Positions 1-7,428 of a stretch of DNA of 34,578 nucleotides are shown one piece after another. The DNA lies in NCBI GenBank assembly GCA_045649365.1, contig JAZRPU010000073.1, forward strand, positions 1 to 34,578, in the 5' to 3' direction. Every line of letters starts with the position of its first letter. Within the stretch, counting starts at the first letter, position 1. The notes below the pieces were generated by a model. The model was not told where the DNA came from. It ran no database searches and was given only the letters and a program-made list of their open reading frames with translations. Made by a program: the position numbers and the translations under genes. The stretch is from Eubacteriales bacterium. Its GTDB lineage: Bacteria > Bacillota > Clostridia > Oscillospirales > CAG-382.

Positions 1-564
1 TACTAAAACTACGTGATTAGGGCTATTCAAAGCATCTCCAGGCTGTAATGTGTTCGTTGCGCTGCTAACGGTTACAGCACCCATATTCTTGGATACATCA
101 GGAATAAAATACGTTGTTGTTCTTTCAATCCCCCACGCCCACGAAACGTATGAAGAACAGTCCGTTGTGTAATAAGGGGCTGAAGGGCCATCATAATAGC
201 TTCTTCCTGTGTAAAAAATACTCCCCGCAGTTGCGGCGGCATTAATAAACTCCTCCACAGTAGCATCATATCCAATATATTCTCCCGAATATATCGGCTG
301 TCCGTATGGAATATGATATGTATTTCCTTTCACAAAAGTACCCGACCAGCCCTCAACGGTTTGTTTTGCAACCCAGGTTATATTGTACATATAGTTTCCG
401 CGAGCAACTATATTCCTTTGATTTTGAGTGATTCCAACAGAATGAACAAAAACGTCTTCTAAAAAAACTTCAACGCTTTCACCCTTTACGCCAATGGGAA
501 AAGAATTGATTACAACAAGAACCAACAATAAAGATATAATCTTTTTAACAATGTCTTTTTTCAT
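1..564 (-). CDS. Secreted NlpC/P60-like cell-wall peptidase, 3' end runs off the window (absent from the ORF track)
   Basis: Manual translation from ATG at 564 (GGAGG RBS at 571-575) is open to base 1: MKKDIVKKIISLLLVLVVINSF signal peptide, then TDCSSYVSWAWG and LQPGDALNSPNHVVLV, matching the NlpC/P60 DCS and PGD...H motifs. Confidence 0.8.
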   Translation of the reverse strand, partial: MKKDIVKKIISLLLVLVVINSFPIGVKGESVEVFLEDVFVHSVGITQNQRNIVARGNYMYNITWVAKQTVEGWSGTFVKGNTYHIPYGQPIYSGEYIGYDATVEEFINAAATAGSIFYTGRSYYDGPSAPYYTTDCSSYVSWAWGIERTTTYFIPDVSKNMGAVTVSSATNTLQPGDALNSPNHVVLV

Positions 565-607
565 AATGCGCCTCCAAAATGTAATATTTTATCGGTCTTC
601 TTAATGT

Positions 608-636
608 ATTATATCACAAATTAACAATCAAATCAA
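608..636 (-). promoter_or_regulatory. Sigma-A promoter for the NlpC/P60 gene
   Basis: TTGATT-17bp-TATAAT with TG upstream of the -10. Confidence 0.65.
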
Positions 637-798
637 GATAAAAACAATCCCAATAGAAAACAGAGTTATAAAAATCGCAATTACGAGGAAAACTCTCCAA
701 ATAAAAATTAGCAAATGTGCAGGAATTTGAAATAGCTAACTGTCATCGATGCCTTGGCTCATGATAAAGCATCATACTTCTCACGGATACTTCCGCCC

Positions 799-860
799 CC
801 TCGAATCCCTTCCCGATAAAAACGAAAACAGACACCTCGAGGTGTCTGTTTCCGTTTTTG
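799..860. repeat. 62-bp direct repeat copy 1 (CTCGAATCCC plus palindromic hairpin)
   Basis: 59/62 identical to 1906-1967; palindrome core AAACAGACACCTCGAGGTGTCTGTTT. Confidence 0.95.
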
Positions 861-899
861 TATATGGGCTACAAAAAAGATATTTTAAGAAACAAATAA

Positions 900-1682
900 T
901 TATGTTTTTTCTCCTTCGTTAGCAGTAGTTTTATAAGCCTTGTTTTCTAAGTATGCAGAAAACTCCTGGGGATCCCCGTTAAAAACATTTACATCAATGT
1001 ATTTTTCTTTTCCGTTATACCCTTTGAGCCTTTCACGATTCGTATATTGCCAAAATGTCCATGCCCTTTCGTCATACATTTTAGGTTTTGAAATAACGTT
1101 TCTAATCCAAATATCGTATTCTTTATAGTCGTTGGATAAATACAGCTCATAAGACTTTTCTGTGGCATAAATAATAGGTTTTTGATTGTAATGCTCTTCC
1201 AACAAAACGAGCATTACCTTTAATTGTTTTTCTACATCTGCTCTGTCAGGTGGATTTTTTTCTTTATCACCGTAAAATTCCAAATCAATAACTGGTGGCA
1301 ACATTCCTTCAAATGGAGCAACTGTATTTATGAAATTTTCCGCCTGCGTCTTTCCTTCACTGTCATAGCTAAAAAAATGATAAGCTCCCACGGAAAGCGA
1401 AGTTTTTTGTGCCTCTTGAAAATTATAAGCAAAGTATTTATCCACAAAAGAACTTCCCTCGGTTGCCTTTATAAATGCAAAAGAAATTTTTTGTGACGAT
1501 AGAATATTCCAATCTATCTCTCCCTGATATGATGAAACATCGATACCTTTTATATCGTATTGGTAACTGGATATGCCGTTTAAAATGATTATGCCGTTCC
1601 AAACCAAAGCAAAAATAACAATACTAACGACTAATAATGCGGAAACTGCAATTAACATTATCTTAAGGAGTCTATTTTTCAA
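900..1682 (-). CDS. Glycoside hydrolase family 25 muramidase (lysozyme) with N-terminal membrane anchor
   Basis: GIDVSSYQG, KATEG, GAYHF, catalytic DLE, WQY and DVN motifs; hydrophobic N-terminus; TTG start. Confidence 0.93.
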   Translation of the reverse strand: MKNRLLKIMLIAVSALLVVSIVIFALVWNGIIILNGISSYQYDIKGIDVSSYQGEIDWNILSSQKISFAFIKATEGSSFVDKYFAYNFQEAQKTSLSVGAYHFFSYDSEGKTQAENFINTVAPFEGMLPPVIDLEFYGDKEKNPPDRADVEKQLKVMLVLLEEHYNQKPIIYATEKSYELYLSNDYKEYDIWIRNVISKPKMYDERAWTFWQYTNRERLKGYNGKEKYIDVNVFNGDPQEFSAYLENKAYKTTANEGEKT

Positions 1683-1702
1683 AATATCACCACCTTTTAT
1701 TC

Positions 1703-1731
1703 ATTATACCATACTTTTGTTTGTATTTCAA
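1703..1731 (-). promoter_or_regulatory. Sigma-A promoter inside the cassette
   Basis: TTGAAA-17bp-TATAAT with extended -10 TG. Confidence 0.7.
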
Positions 1732-1810
1732 TTCTTCGCCACAGATATGTTTCTTTTTTGTGAGAGTTCAAATCTAACTTGAGAAAAATATCTTTTTTGT
1801 AGCCCTTTGA

Positions 1811-1831
1811 TGGTGGAGACGGTAGGATTCG
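1811..1831 (-). repeat. Duplicated 3' end of tRNA-Ala (att-like)
   Basis: TGGTGGAGACGGTAGGATTCG matches 1966-1986 at 20/21, including the CCA end. Confidence 0.9.
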
Positions 1832-1905
1832 GTCTCATGGCTCGACGCCCTTCGGTCTTCCGCGGCTCTTGGCTTGCCACTGGCAAGTCAATTCACTACC
1901 GCTCA
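1832..1905. repeat. GC-rich REP-like palindromic insert
   Basis: Nested stems GCGG...CCGC around the hairpin CTTGCCA-C-TGGCAAG. Confidence 0.55.
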
Positions 1906-1967
1906 CCTCGAATCCCTTCCCGATAAAAACGGAAACAGACACCTCGAGGTGTCTGTTCTCGTTTTTG
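1906..1967. repeat. 62-bp direct repeat copy 2; its hairpin probably terminates the tRNA transcript
   Basis: 59/62 identical to 799-860; on the minus strand the hairpin follows the tRNA CCA directly and ends in a T-run. Confidence 0.9.
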
Positions 1968-2041
1968 GTGGAGACGGTGGGATTCGAACCCATGACCTAT
2001 GCGTTGCGAACGCATCGCTCTCCCAACTGAGCTACGCCCCC
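1966..2041 (-). tRNA. tRNA-Ala (anticodon CGC)
   Basis: 76-nt cloverleaf GGGGGCGTAGCTCAGTTGGGAGAGCG-ATGCG-TTCGCAA-CGCAT...GGGTTCGAATCCC...CGTCTCCACCA; G3:U70 alanine identity pair; encoded CCA. Confidence 0.97.
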
Positions 2042-2055
2042 GTTATTTTATTTTA

Positions 2056-2217
2056 AAATCTCAACGCTACATCGATGACCGAATACTATTTATTCATCGC
2101 TGAATATATACGACATTAGCCCTCCGCCTGCAATTTCGCGCCTCTACAAGAGCAAACCATCGAGTATTGTCTACATTTATTGGCTATATAAATACGATAT
2201 TGGCACTCCGCTAGGAG
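2056..2217 (-). ncRNA. Two tandem diverged copies of a candidate structured RNA motif in the tRNA spacer
   Basis: Copies 2130-2217 and 2056-2127 share GCGGA-NN-GCYAATRTCG...TCGATG...YGARATT and internal hairpins; a third copy lies at 29105-29210. Confidence 0.45.
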
Positions 2218-2291
2218 TGGAGCGAGTGACGGGAATCGAACCCGCGTAACCGGCTTGGGAAGCCGACACTCTACCATTGAGTTACACTCGC
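2218..2291 (-). tRNA. tRNA-Gly (anticodon CCC)
   Basis: 74-nt cloverleaf GCGAGTG...TCGGC-TTCCCAA-GCCGG...GGTTCGATTCC...CACTCGCTCCA; U73 discriminator. Confidence 0.97.
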
Positions 2292-2310
2292 ATATCACAC
2301 AGCATGTGAA

Positions 2311-2339
2311 ATTTTACCACATTACGCCTGATTTGTCAA
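2311..2339 (-). promoter_or_regulatory. Sigma-A promoter of the tRNA-Gly/tRNA-Ala operon
   Basis: TTGACA-17bp-TAAAAT with TG extension. Confidence 0.8.
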
Positions 2340-2376
2340 GTGCTAATAAAAAAATTAGCAGTTCCATTTTGTCTGT

Positions 2377-2419
2377 AAAGGCTGTTATAACGATTTATTA
2401 TTTCGTCATAGCAGCCTTT
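2377..2419 (-). terminator. Probable terminator hairpin downstream of sigK
   Basis: Imperfect inverted repeat AAAGGCTGTTATAACGA...TCGTCATAGCAGCCTTT. Confidence 0.55.
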
Positions 2420-2464
2420 TAAATCACTCATTTTAAATCTAAAACCCATTTACAATTACTTTGG

Positions 2465-3154
2465 CTATTCTTCATCAATCCCACAGCTTCTCATATATGC
2501 CTCTATCTTCTCCAACGCTGTTTTTTCTATACGCGACACGTAGGAACGGGAAATACCAAGTTGCTTTGCTACCTCACGTTGCGGAAGCTCTCCACCGCTT
2601 TTCAATCCGTACCGCTTTTCTATTATTACTCTTTCTCTCTCGTCGAGAACGTTTTCAATAGCCCGCATCATAACAGAAATTTTTATTGTTTTATCTACCG
2701 TTTCCAAAACGTTGTCATCTTCTGAAAGTATTTCCATGTATGTCAGCGGATTCCCGTCCTTATCCACATCAATACTGTCATTCATAGAAGTTTCATTGAC
2801 CAGCTTTTTTTGTGCTCTGAAATGCATTAATATTTCATTTTGAATGCATTTTCCCGCGTATGTCGCAAACCTTGCTCCTTTTTCCGCGTTAAAAGAATCA
2901 ATAGCCTTTATAAGCCCGATTGTACCTATTGATATTAAATCATCCTGGTCCTTTACTGTGGAATAATATTTTTTAACGATATGTGCCACAAGTCTTAAAT
3001 TGTGAATTATCAGCTTTTCCCTTGCTTTAGAATCTCCTTTCGACATTAATGAAAAATATTCTTTTTCTTCTTCTGTTGAAAGAGGGTCAGGGAACGAATT
3101 TGTCCCGTTCACTCTCAAAAACAGAAAAACAAACTTTAATAAAAATTGAAGCAT
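2465..3154 (-). CDS. sigK: Sporulation sigma factor pro-SigK
   Basis: NSFPDPLS, HNLRLVAHIVKKY, DLISIGTIGLIKAI, ATYAGKCIQNEILMHFR, QREVAKQLGISRSYVSRIEK; start moved to ATG 3154 after AGGAGG; hydrophobic pro-sequence. Confidence 0.9.
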   Translation of the reverse strand: MLQFLLKFVFLFLRVNGTNSFPDPLSTEEEKEYFSLMSKGDSKAREKLIIHNLRLVAHIVKKYYSTVKDQDDLISIGTIGLIKAIDSFNAEKGARFATYAGKCIQNEILMHFRAQKKLVNETSMNDSIDVDKDGNPLTYMEILSEDDNVLETVDKTIKISVMMRAIENVLDERERVIIEKRYGLKSGGELPQREVAKQLGISRSYVSRIEKTALEKIEAYMRSCGIDEE

Positions 3155-3226
3155 AACGCCCCTCCTGAATATATCTGATTTTATTATATTCAAAAGCGAG
3201 CCTAAAGTTTCCAATATATTTAAAAC

Positions 3227-3255
3227 AAAAAAACGGCTCATAAAAGCCGTTTTTT
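3227..3255 (-). terminator. Intrinsic terminator after putP
   Basis: AAAAAACGGCT-CATAAA-AGCCGTTTTTT. Confidence 0.75.
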
Positions 3256-3329
3256 GAATTTATATTTATCTTACAAAGGTAACTAAAGATAGTCTAACAC
3301 CTAAAGTTCCCTTTTTGCACTTTATATAA

Positions 3330-4934
3330 TTAATTGTTTTCTGTATCGTAAACTGTTCCCGCACGAACTGCCTCGAAATCCTCTTCGATTTCCTTTGAAG
3401 GCGCTTTGGTTGCAAGTGAAACAATAACAATAACGATAGATGAGAAAATGAACGCGGGCAAAAGCTCGTAAATTGCAAAAGCACCGCCCCATTTGCTGAT
3501 AACAAGCTTCCAAAGGAATACCATTCCGGCACCGCTTATCATACCTGCAATAGCACCTGGTTTGTTTACGCGCTTCCAAAACAATGAGAAGAGCATAAGA
3601 GGGCCAAACGTTGCACCGAATCCTGCCCATGCAAAAGAAACGATAGAGAAGATAACACTATCCTCATCAAGAGCAATAACAACGCCGATAAGAGTGAGCA
3701 CCAAAAGAGTAATTCTGGAAACAGTCATTACCTGTTTATCTGTAGCATCTTTCTTTACAACGCCTTGGAAAATGTTTTTGGAAAGCGCAGATGCCGCAAT
3801 AAGCAAATAAGAGTCAGAAGAGCTGATTGTAGCAGCAAGAATACCCGCCATAACAAATCCGGCCAAAAGAGGAGGCAAACAGTTTGTTGCAAGAATAATA
3901 AAGATATTCTCCGCTCCGCTCTTTGTAGCGAGAACTTCAGAGCCTTTAAGGTCAGAAACAGCAATTTGTCTTCCAACAATACCAATAAACACAGCAACAG
4001 CAAGAGAAATAACTACCCAAACCATTGCAATTCTACGGGAACGTTTCAATTCCTCTTCTTTACGAATAGCCATGAAACGAAGGAGAACTTGAGGCATTCC
4101 AAAATAACCAAGTCCCCATGCCATCATTGAAAATACAGTTAAAAGTCCATAAGGAGCAGCTTTTGATTCAAAAATAGGTTTAATTCCATCAAAAAGCTGT
4201 TTTCCTGTTTCGGCATCAGTCACAGGTTGTGCAAGTCCGAAAAATTCCAAAAATCCCGGAATGTTCTGTGCATTTTCGATAACTGAATTAATTCCACCCG
4301 CTTTAATGGTGCTTATTATAACGATAACCGTAAGAGCTATTAACATAACAATAGCTTGCATGAAGTCAGAAACACTTTCTGCAAGGAATCCGCCTAAAAT
4401 AGTGTAAAGCAAAACGAATGCCGCACCTAAAATAAGCATTGATTGATATGACGTTCCAAAAAGAGTTGAGAAAAGCTTTCCGCAAGTAACGAAACAGCTT
4501 GAAGCATAAACAGTAAAGAAAACAAGAATAAATGCAGCAGCAATGAGCATTATTGTCTTTTTCTTTTCGCGGAAACGATTTGAGAAAAATTCCGGCAAAG
4601 TGATAGAGTTGTTAGCACGAACACTATAACGGCGCAAGCGCTTTGAAACAATAAGCCAGTTAATATATGTACCTACCGCCAAGCCCAAAGCTGTCCAAAA
4701 CGCGTCAGCAAGACCGCACCAATAAGCAACACCCGGAAGTCCCATCAAAAGCCAACCGCTCATGTCAGAAGCCTCCGCACTCATTGCGGTTACCCATGGG
4801 CCGAGAGAACGGCCGCCTAAAAAATATTCTTCCGAATTTTTGTTTGCACGCTTTGCATAAAGCGCACCGATTACGATAACCACCGTCATATAGATGACCA
4901 TCGCAATTAAAATCTGTACCGTACTTTTATCCAC
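3330..4934 (-). CDS. putP: Sodium/proline symporter
   Basis: YFLGGRSLGPWVTAMSAEASDMSGWLLMGLPG, WGLGYFGMPQVLLRFMA, AWAGFGATFGP; probable GTG start at 4934 after AGGAGG. Confidence 0.9.
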   Translation of the reverse strand: MDKSTVQILIAMVIYMTVVIVIGALYAKRANKNSEEYFLGGRSLGPWVTAMSAEASDMSGWLLMGLPGVAYWCGLADAFWTALGLAVGTYINWLIVSKRLRRYSVRANNSITLPEFFSNRFREKKKTIMLIAAAFILVFFTVYASSCFVTCGKLFSTLFGTSYQSMLILGAAFVLLYTILGGFLAESVSDFMQAIVMLIALTVIVIISTIKAGGINSVIENAQNIPGFLEFFGLAQPVTDAETGKQLFDGIKPIFESKAAPYGLLTVFSMMAWGLGYFGMPQVLLRFMAIRKEEELKRSRRIAMVWVVISLAVAVFIGIVGRQIAVSDLKGSEVLATKSGAENIFIILATNCLPPLLAGFVMAGILAATISSSDSYLLIAASALSKNIFQGVVKKDATDKQVMTVSRITLLVLTLIGVVIALDEDSVIFSIVSFAWAGFGATFGPLMLFSLFWKRVNKPGAIAGMISGAGMVFLWKLVISKWGGAFAIYELLPAFIFSSIVIVIVSLATKAPSKEIEEDFEAVRAGTVYDTENN

Positions 4935-5040
4935 AGATTCTACCTCCTGCATTTTATTTTTTTCGCAGTTTTCAGGAAAATCGAATATTTATAAAACTTC
5001 AAAATAATAAATAAATATCCAATTTAAATCCAATGAAGAT

Positions 5041-5069
5041 ATAATACTAATTTTGCAAACATTTGTCAA
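5041..5069 (-). promoter_or_regulatory. Sigma-A promoter for putP
   Basis: TTGACA-17bp-TATTAT. Confidence 0.65.
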
Positions 5070-5219
5070 GTCTACCATTAGTTACTTTATAAAATATTTA
5101 CATTTTTAGGACTTTATAAGCTCTTTTTTGCAAAAAAAGATGGAGCCGCCTTCATCCATACAAAACGCAACTCCATTATTTATTGTTAGACAATTTTTTC
5201 AAATCAACTCTTCTGTCAA

Positions 5220-6104
5220 TTATCTTTTTAAAAATTTACTAATCAACCTCATAACAAAATCCAACGCATTAAACCTACGAGTCTTAATATCTATAACCTC
5301 AAAATCTTTTGACGAATTATAAGTATGCATTCCATCAAGAAAAATAGGTTTATCAAAGCTTAACTCATTGGGATAAAGTTCTTTTAGTTCAGATTCGTTA
5401 TACTCACCGTCTTTATTCATACAGCACTCATAAAAAACCAGTCCTTTACCATAGCCTCTGCCTGTATCACGGGAAATTTGAGCGGGTCTTACTGTTTTTC
5501 CCTCAAAACAAAACACATTTCCCGCAGGACGAGAACGAAGATTGTTCTTGCAAGTCACGGAAAAATCCTCACGATTCCCCGAAAAGTCAACCAACAATAA
5601 TTTTGGATTTTCCGAATCGCTCACTTCGTGAGTTAATGCAAGCTGCTCTTCAGACTTTGGAAAAGGCGTTGTATCAGCATATTTAACGTCTTTTCTGACA
5701 ATATGCTTTTCCGACCACTTTGTTGGCAATTGGATTGACTCATACACGGTTAAAACTTTTCCTTCGCCGGATTCCGGCATCATAAACATCTTACCATTCT
5801 TCTCGATTATACAAGGATACGACAAATGATAGTCTTCTTTCAGCAAAGGCTTCCATTTGCTTGTTTTGCCATTTTCTACTGTACAGAAACCTATAATTCC
5901 TTTTCTCGAAATATAGTCATACAACTCGGCAAAGATATATGCTTTATCTCCTCTTTCAACTATAAAAGGATCCGCTGCCCAATATCGAAAGTTATTTTTT
6001 ATTACGGTGAATTGCTTTTTGTTATCCTTAAGTATATCACCAGAGCTTCCTTTTCTGAAAGCAACATTCCAACTTTCTGCATAAATAAACGTATCTCGAA
6101 GCAT
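5220..6104 (-). CDS. Beta-propeller glycoside-hydrolase-like protein (GH32/43-like fold)
   Basis: WAADPF, HLSYP, MMPES, SRPAG, RPAQ and MHTYN motifs seen in propeller proteins of polysaccharide loci; ATG 6104 after GAGGTG. Confidence 0.6.
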   Translation of the reverse strand: MLRDTFIYAESWNVAFRKGSSGDILKDNKKQFTVIKNNFRYWAADPFIVERGDKAYIFAELYDYISRKGIIGFCTVENGKTSKWKPLLKEDYHLSYPCIIEKNGKMFMMPESGEGKVLTVYESIQLPTKWSEKHIVRKDVKYADTTPFPKSEEQLALTHEVSDSENPKLLLVDFSGNREDFSVTCKNNLRSRPAGNVFCFEGKTVRPAQISRDTGRGYGKGLVFYECCMNKDGEYNESELKELYPNELSFDKPIFLDGMHTYNSSKDFEVIDIKTRRFNALDFVMRLISKFLKR

Positions 6105-6234
6105 TTCACACCTCAATTTTACTATTCTAACTTTTATGAGCTGTTGTCATTAATAAAGCTTATGCTTATATTGAATGCAAATTTTGTTCTCAAAAAAGCA
6201 AAGCCGCCATTTTAAACATTTCAAACATTGGTTA

Positions 6235-7422
6235 CTATATTTTGCACGCCAGCTTCCAAAGCTCTATATTACCTTCAAGCATTCCCTTTTCAACATATTT
6301 GAGGGAATAGGATAAGCTATATTTTTCAGAAGGCTTATATTTCATCAGAAGTTCTCTTCCCAAAGAGAACAAAGCAAATAGCTCTTCCTCTTCCATGTAA
6401 ACAAAGTCGTTATAATAAAAAGAACCTAAATGTCTGAGAAGCAATTTGTAAAAAATAACGTCTTTAGGAAGTCCTAATCTTTCCGTTTCTTCAATACATC
6501 TCAAAAGCATCCAATAATTCTGAACGCTTCTTCTGCGAGCTTTTCCTTGAGTGTGAGAAAAGTTGTTTTCATACCAACGGTATTCGTATTTCACCTCGGG
6601 AACGTACTCAAAAGACTTGCACAAACGGAAAGCTAAAAACTGTATTATAGTGTCCTCGTACCAATAACCGGGGAAGAAACGAAGGTTTTCAAAAATTTCT
6701 CTTTTGTAAACCTTGCACCAAGGAAGTCCTGCAAAATTAAAAATATAATCTCCGTCTTTATATCCCATAAGATTGTAATCGGGATAAACGTTAGGCTTCA
6801 CATAATATATCTCGCCATTTCTTTCTTTGGAAAGATTGTGCGCACACATAACTATATCCCTGTTGTTTTTAATCGCGGTGGATACAAGGCATTCAACGAT
6901 ATCATCATGGACTGTATCGTCACAATCAACAAACATAAAGTATCTTCCCGCGGCATTATTCAATCCCGTGTTACGAGCCGCGCCGATTCCAGCGTTTTCC
7001 TGATGTATAACCTTTACGTTAGGTCTGCCTTTATATTTTTCCAAAATATCCTTTGCGGGTTTATCTGACCCGTCATCAACCAAAATAAGCTCATAGGTAT
7101 ATTGCGTTTTCTGATGGAGTATCGCTTCAATGGTACCCTCTATGACGTTTTCATAATTATAAATTGGCACTATAATAGAAAGGTCAATTTTATCATCCAC
7201 AGGTTGATTAATTATTTCAGCCTTTTCTGTAACGTAGGGATAAAGCCCCTCTACAATTTTCAGAGCCTTTTCTCTGTCCATCTCAACAATTCGTTTTTTG
7301 ATAAACAATTTTTTAAACCAAAATCTTAAACAAAAAGGGAAATAAGCCAGATTTGCCAAAATAACGCATATCCACTCTACAGGCAACTTTCTGTAGAAGA
7401 ACATATATAATCCTTGTTTCAT
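6235..7422 (-). CDS. Glycosyltransferase family 2
   Basis: SIIVPIYN, ILVDDGS, QENAGIGAARNTGL, FVDCDD, YED. Confidence 0.92.
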   Translation of the reverse strand: MKQGLYMFFYRKLPVEWICVILANLAYFPFCLRFWFKKLFIKKRIVEMDREKALKIVEGLYPYVTEKAEIINQPVDDKIDLSIIVPIYNYENVIEGTIEAILHQKTQYTYELILVDDGSDKPAKDILEKYKGRPNVKVIHQENAGIGAARNTGLNNAAGRYFMFVDCDDTVHDDIVECLVSTAIKNNRDIVMCAHNLSKERNGEIYYVKPNVYPDYNLMGYKDGDYIFNFAGLPWCKVYKREIFENLRFFPGYWYEDTIIQFLAFRLCKSFEYVPEVKYEYRWYENNFSHTQGKARRRSVQNYWMLLRCIEETERLGLPKDVIFYKLLLRHLGSFYYNDFVYMEEEELFALFSLGRELLMKYKPSEKYSLSYSLKYVEKGMLEGNIELWKLACKI

Positions 7423-7428
7423 GAAAAA

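Larger units (their letters stand above)
866..1805. mobile_element. Putative non-autonomous cassette with terminal inverted repeats, carrying a GH25 gene
   Basis: Perfect 21-bp inverted repeats GGGCTACAAAAAAGATATTTT at 866-886 and 1785-1805; one passenger gene and no transposase; splits a tRNA-3'-end/hairpin unit that is contiguous at 1925-1986. Confidence 0.7.

Noticed and set aside
744-796. Possible fourth copy of the motif (CATCGA...TCCGC, 48 nt apart)
   Set aside because: It lacks GAYATTRGC and the closing stem, and its GCGGA pairs locally instead; treated as insert 2 of the tRNA-linked unit.
866-1805. Prophage remnant (GH25 as an endolysin at a tRNA att site)
   Set aside because: No integrase, holin or structural genes; the gene has its own promoter, a membrane anchor and IS-like inverted repeats.
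799-1967. CRISPR array
   Set aside because: Only two 62-bp copies 1107 bp apart and no cas genes.
2056-2217. Hammerhead ribozyme reading of the repeated motif (CUCGAUGG ... GAAA)
   Set aside because: The core is not CUGANGA, copy C has GAGA instead of GAAA, and the would-be cleavage nucleotide is G in two copies.
2130-2217. tRNA-associated HDV-like ribozyme or fluoride riboswitch (GCUAAUG, GAUGG)
   Set aside because: The order of elements and the required pseudoknot pairings could not be built.
1874-2298. Short ORFs 1874-2056 and 2116-2298
   Set aside because: They overlap the tRNA genes and repeats and are spurious.
2338-2363. CIRCE-like palindrome TGCTAAT-N6-ATTAGCA by the tRNA promoter
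   Set aside because: The half-sites are in the wrong orientation and spacing for TTAGCACTC-N9-GAGTGCTAA.
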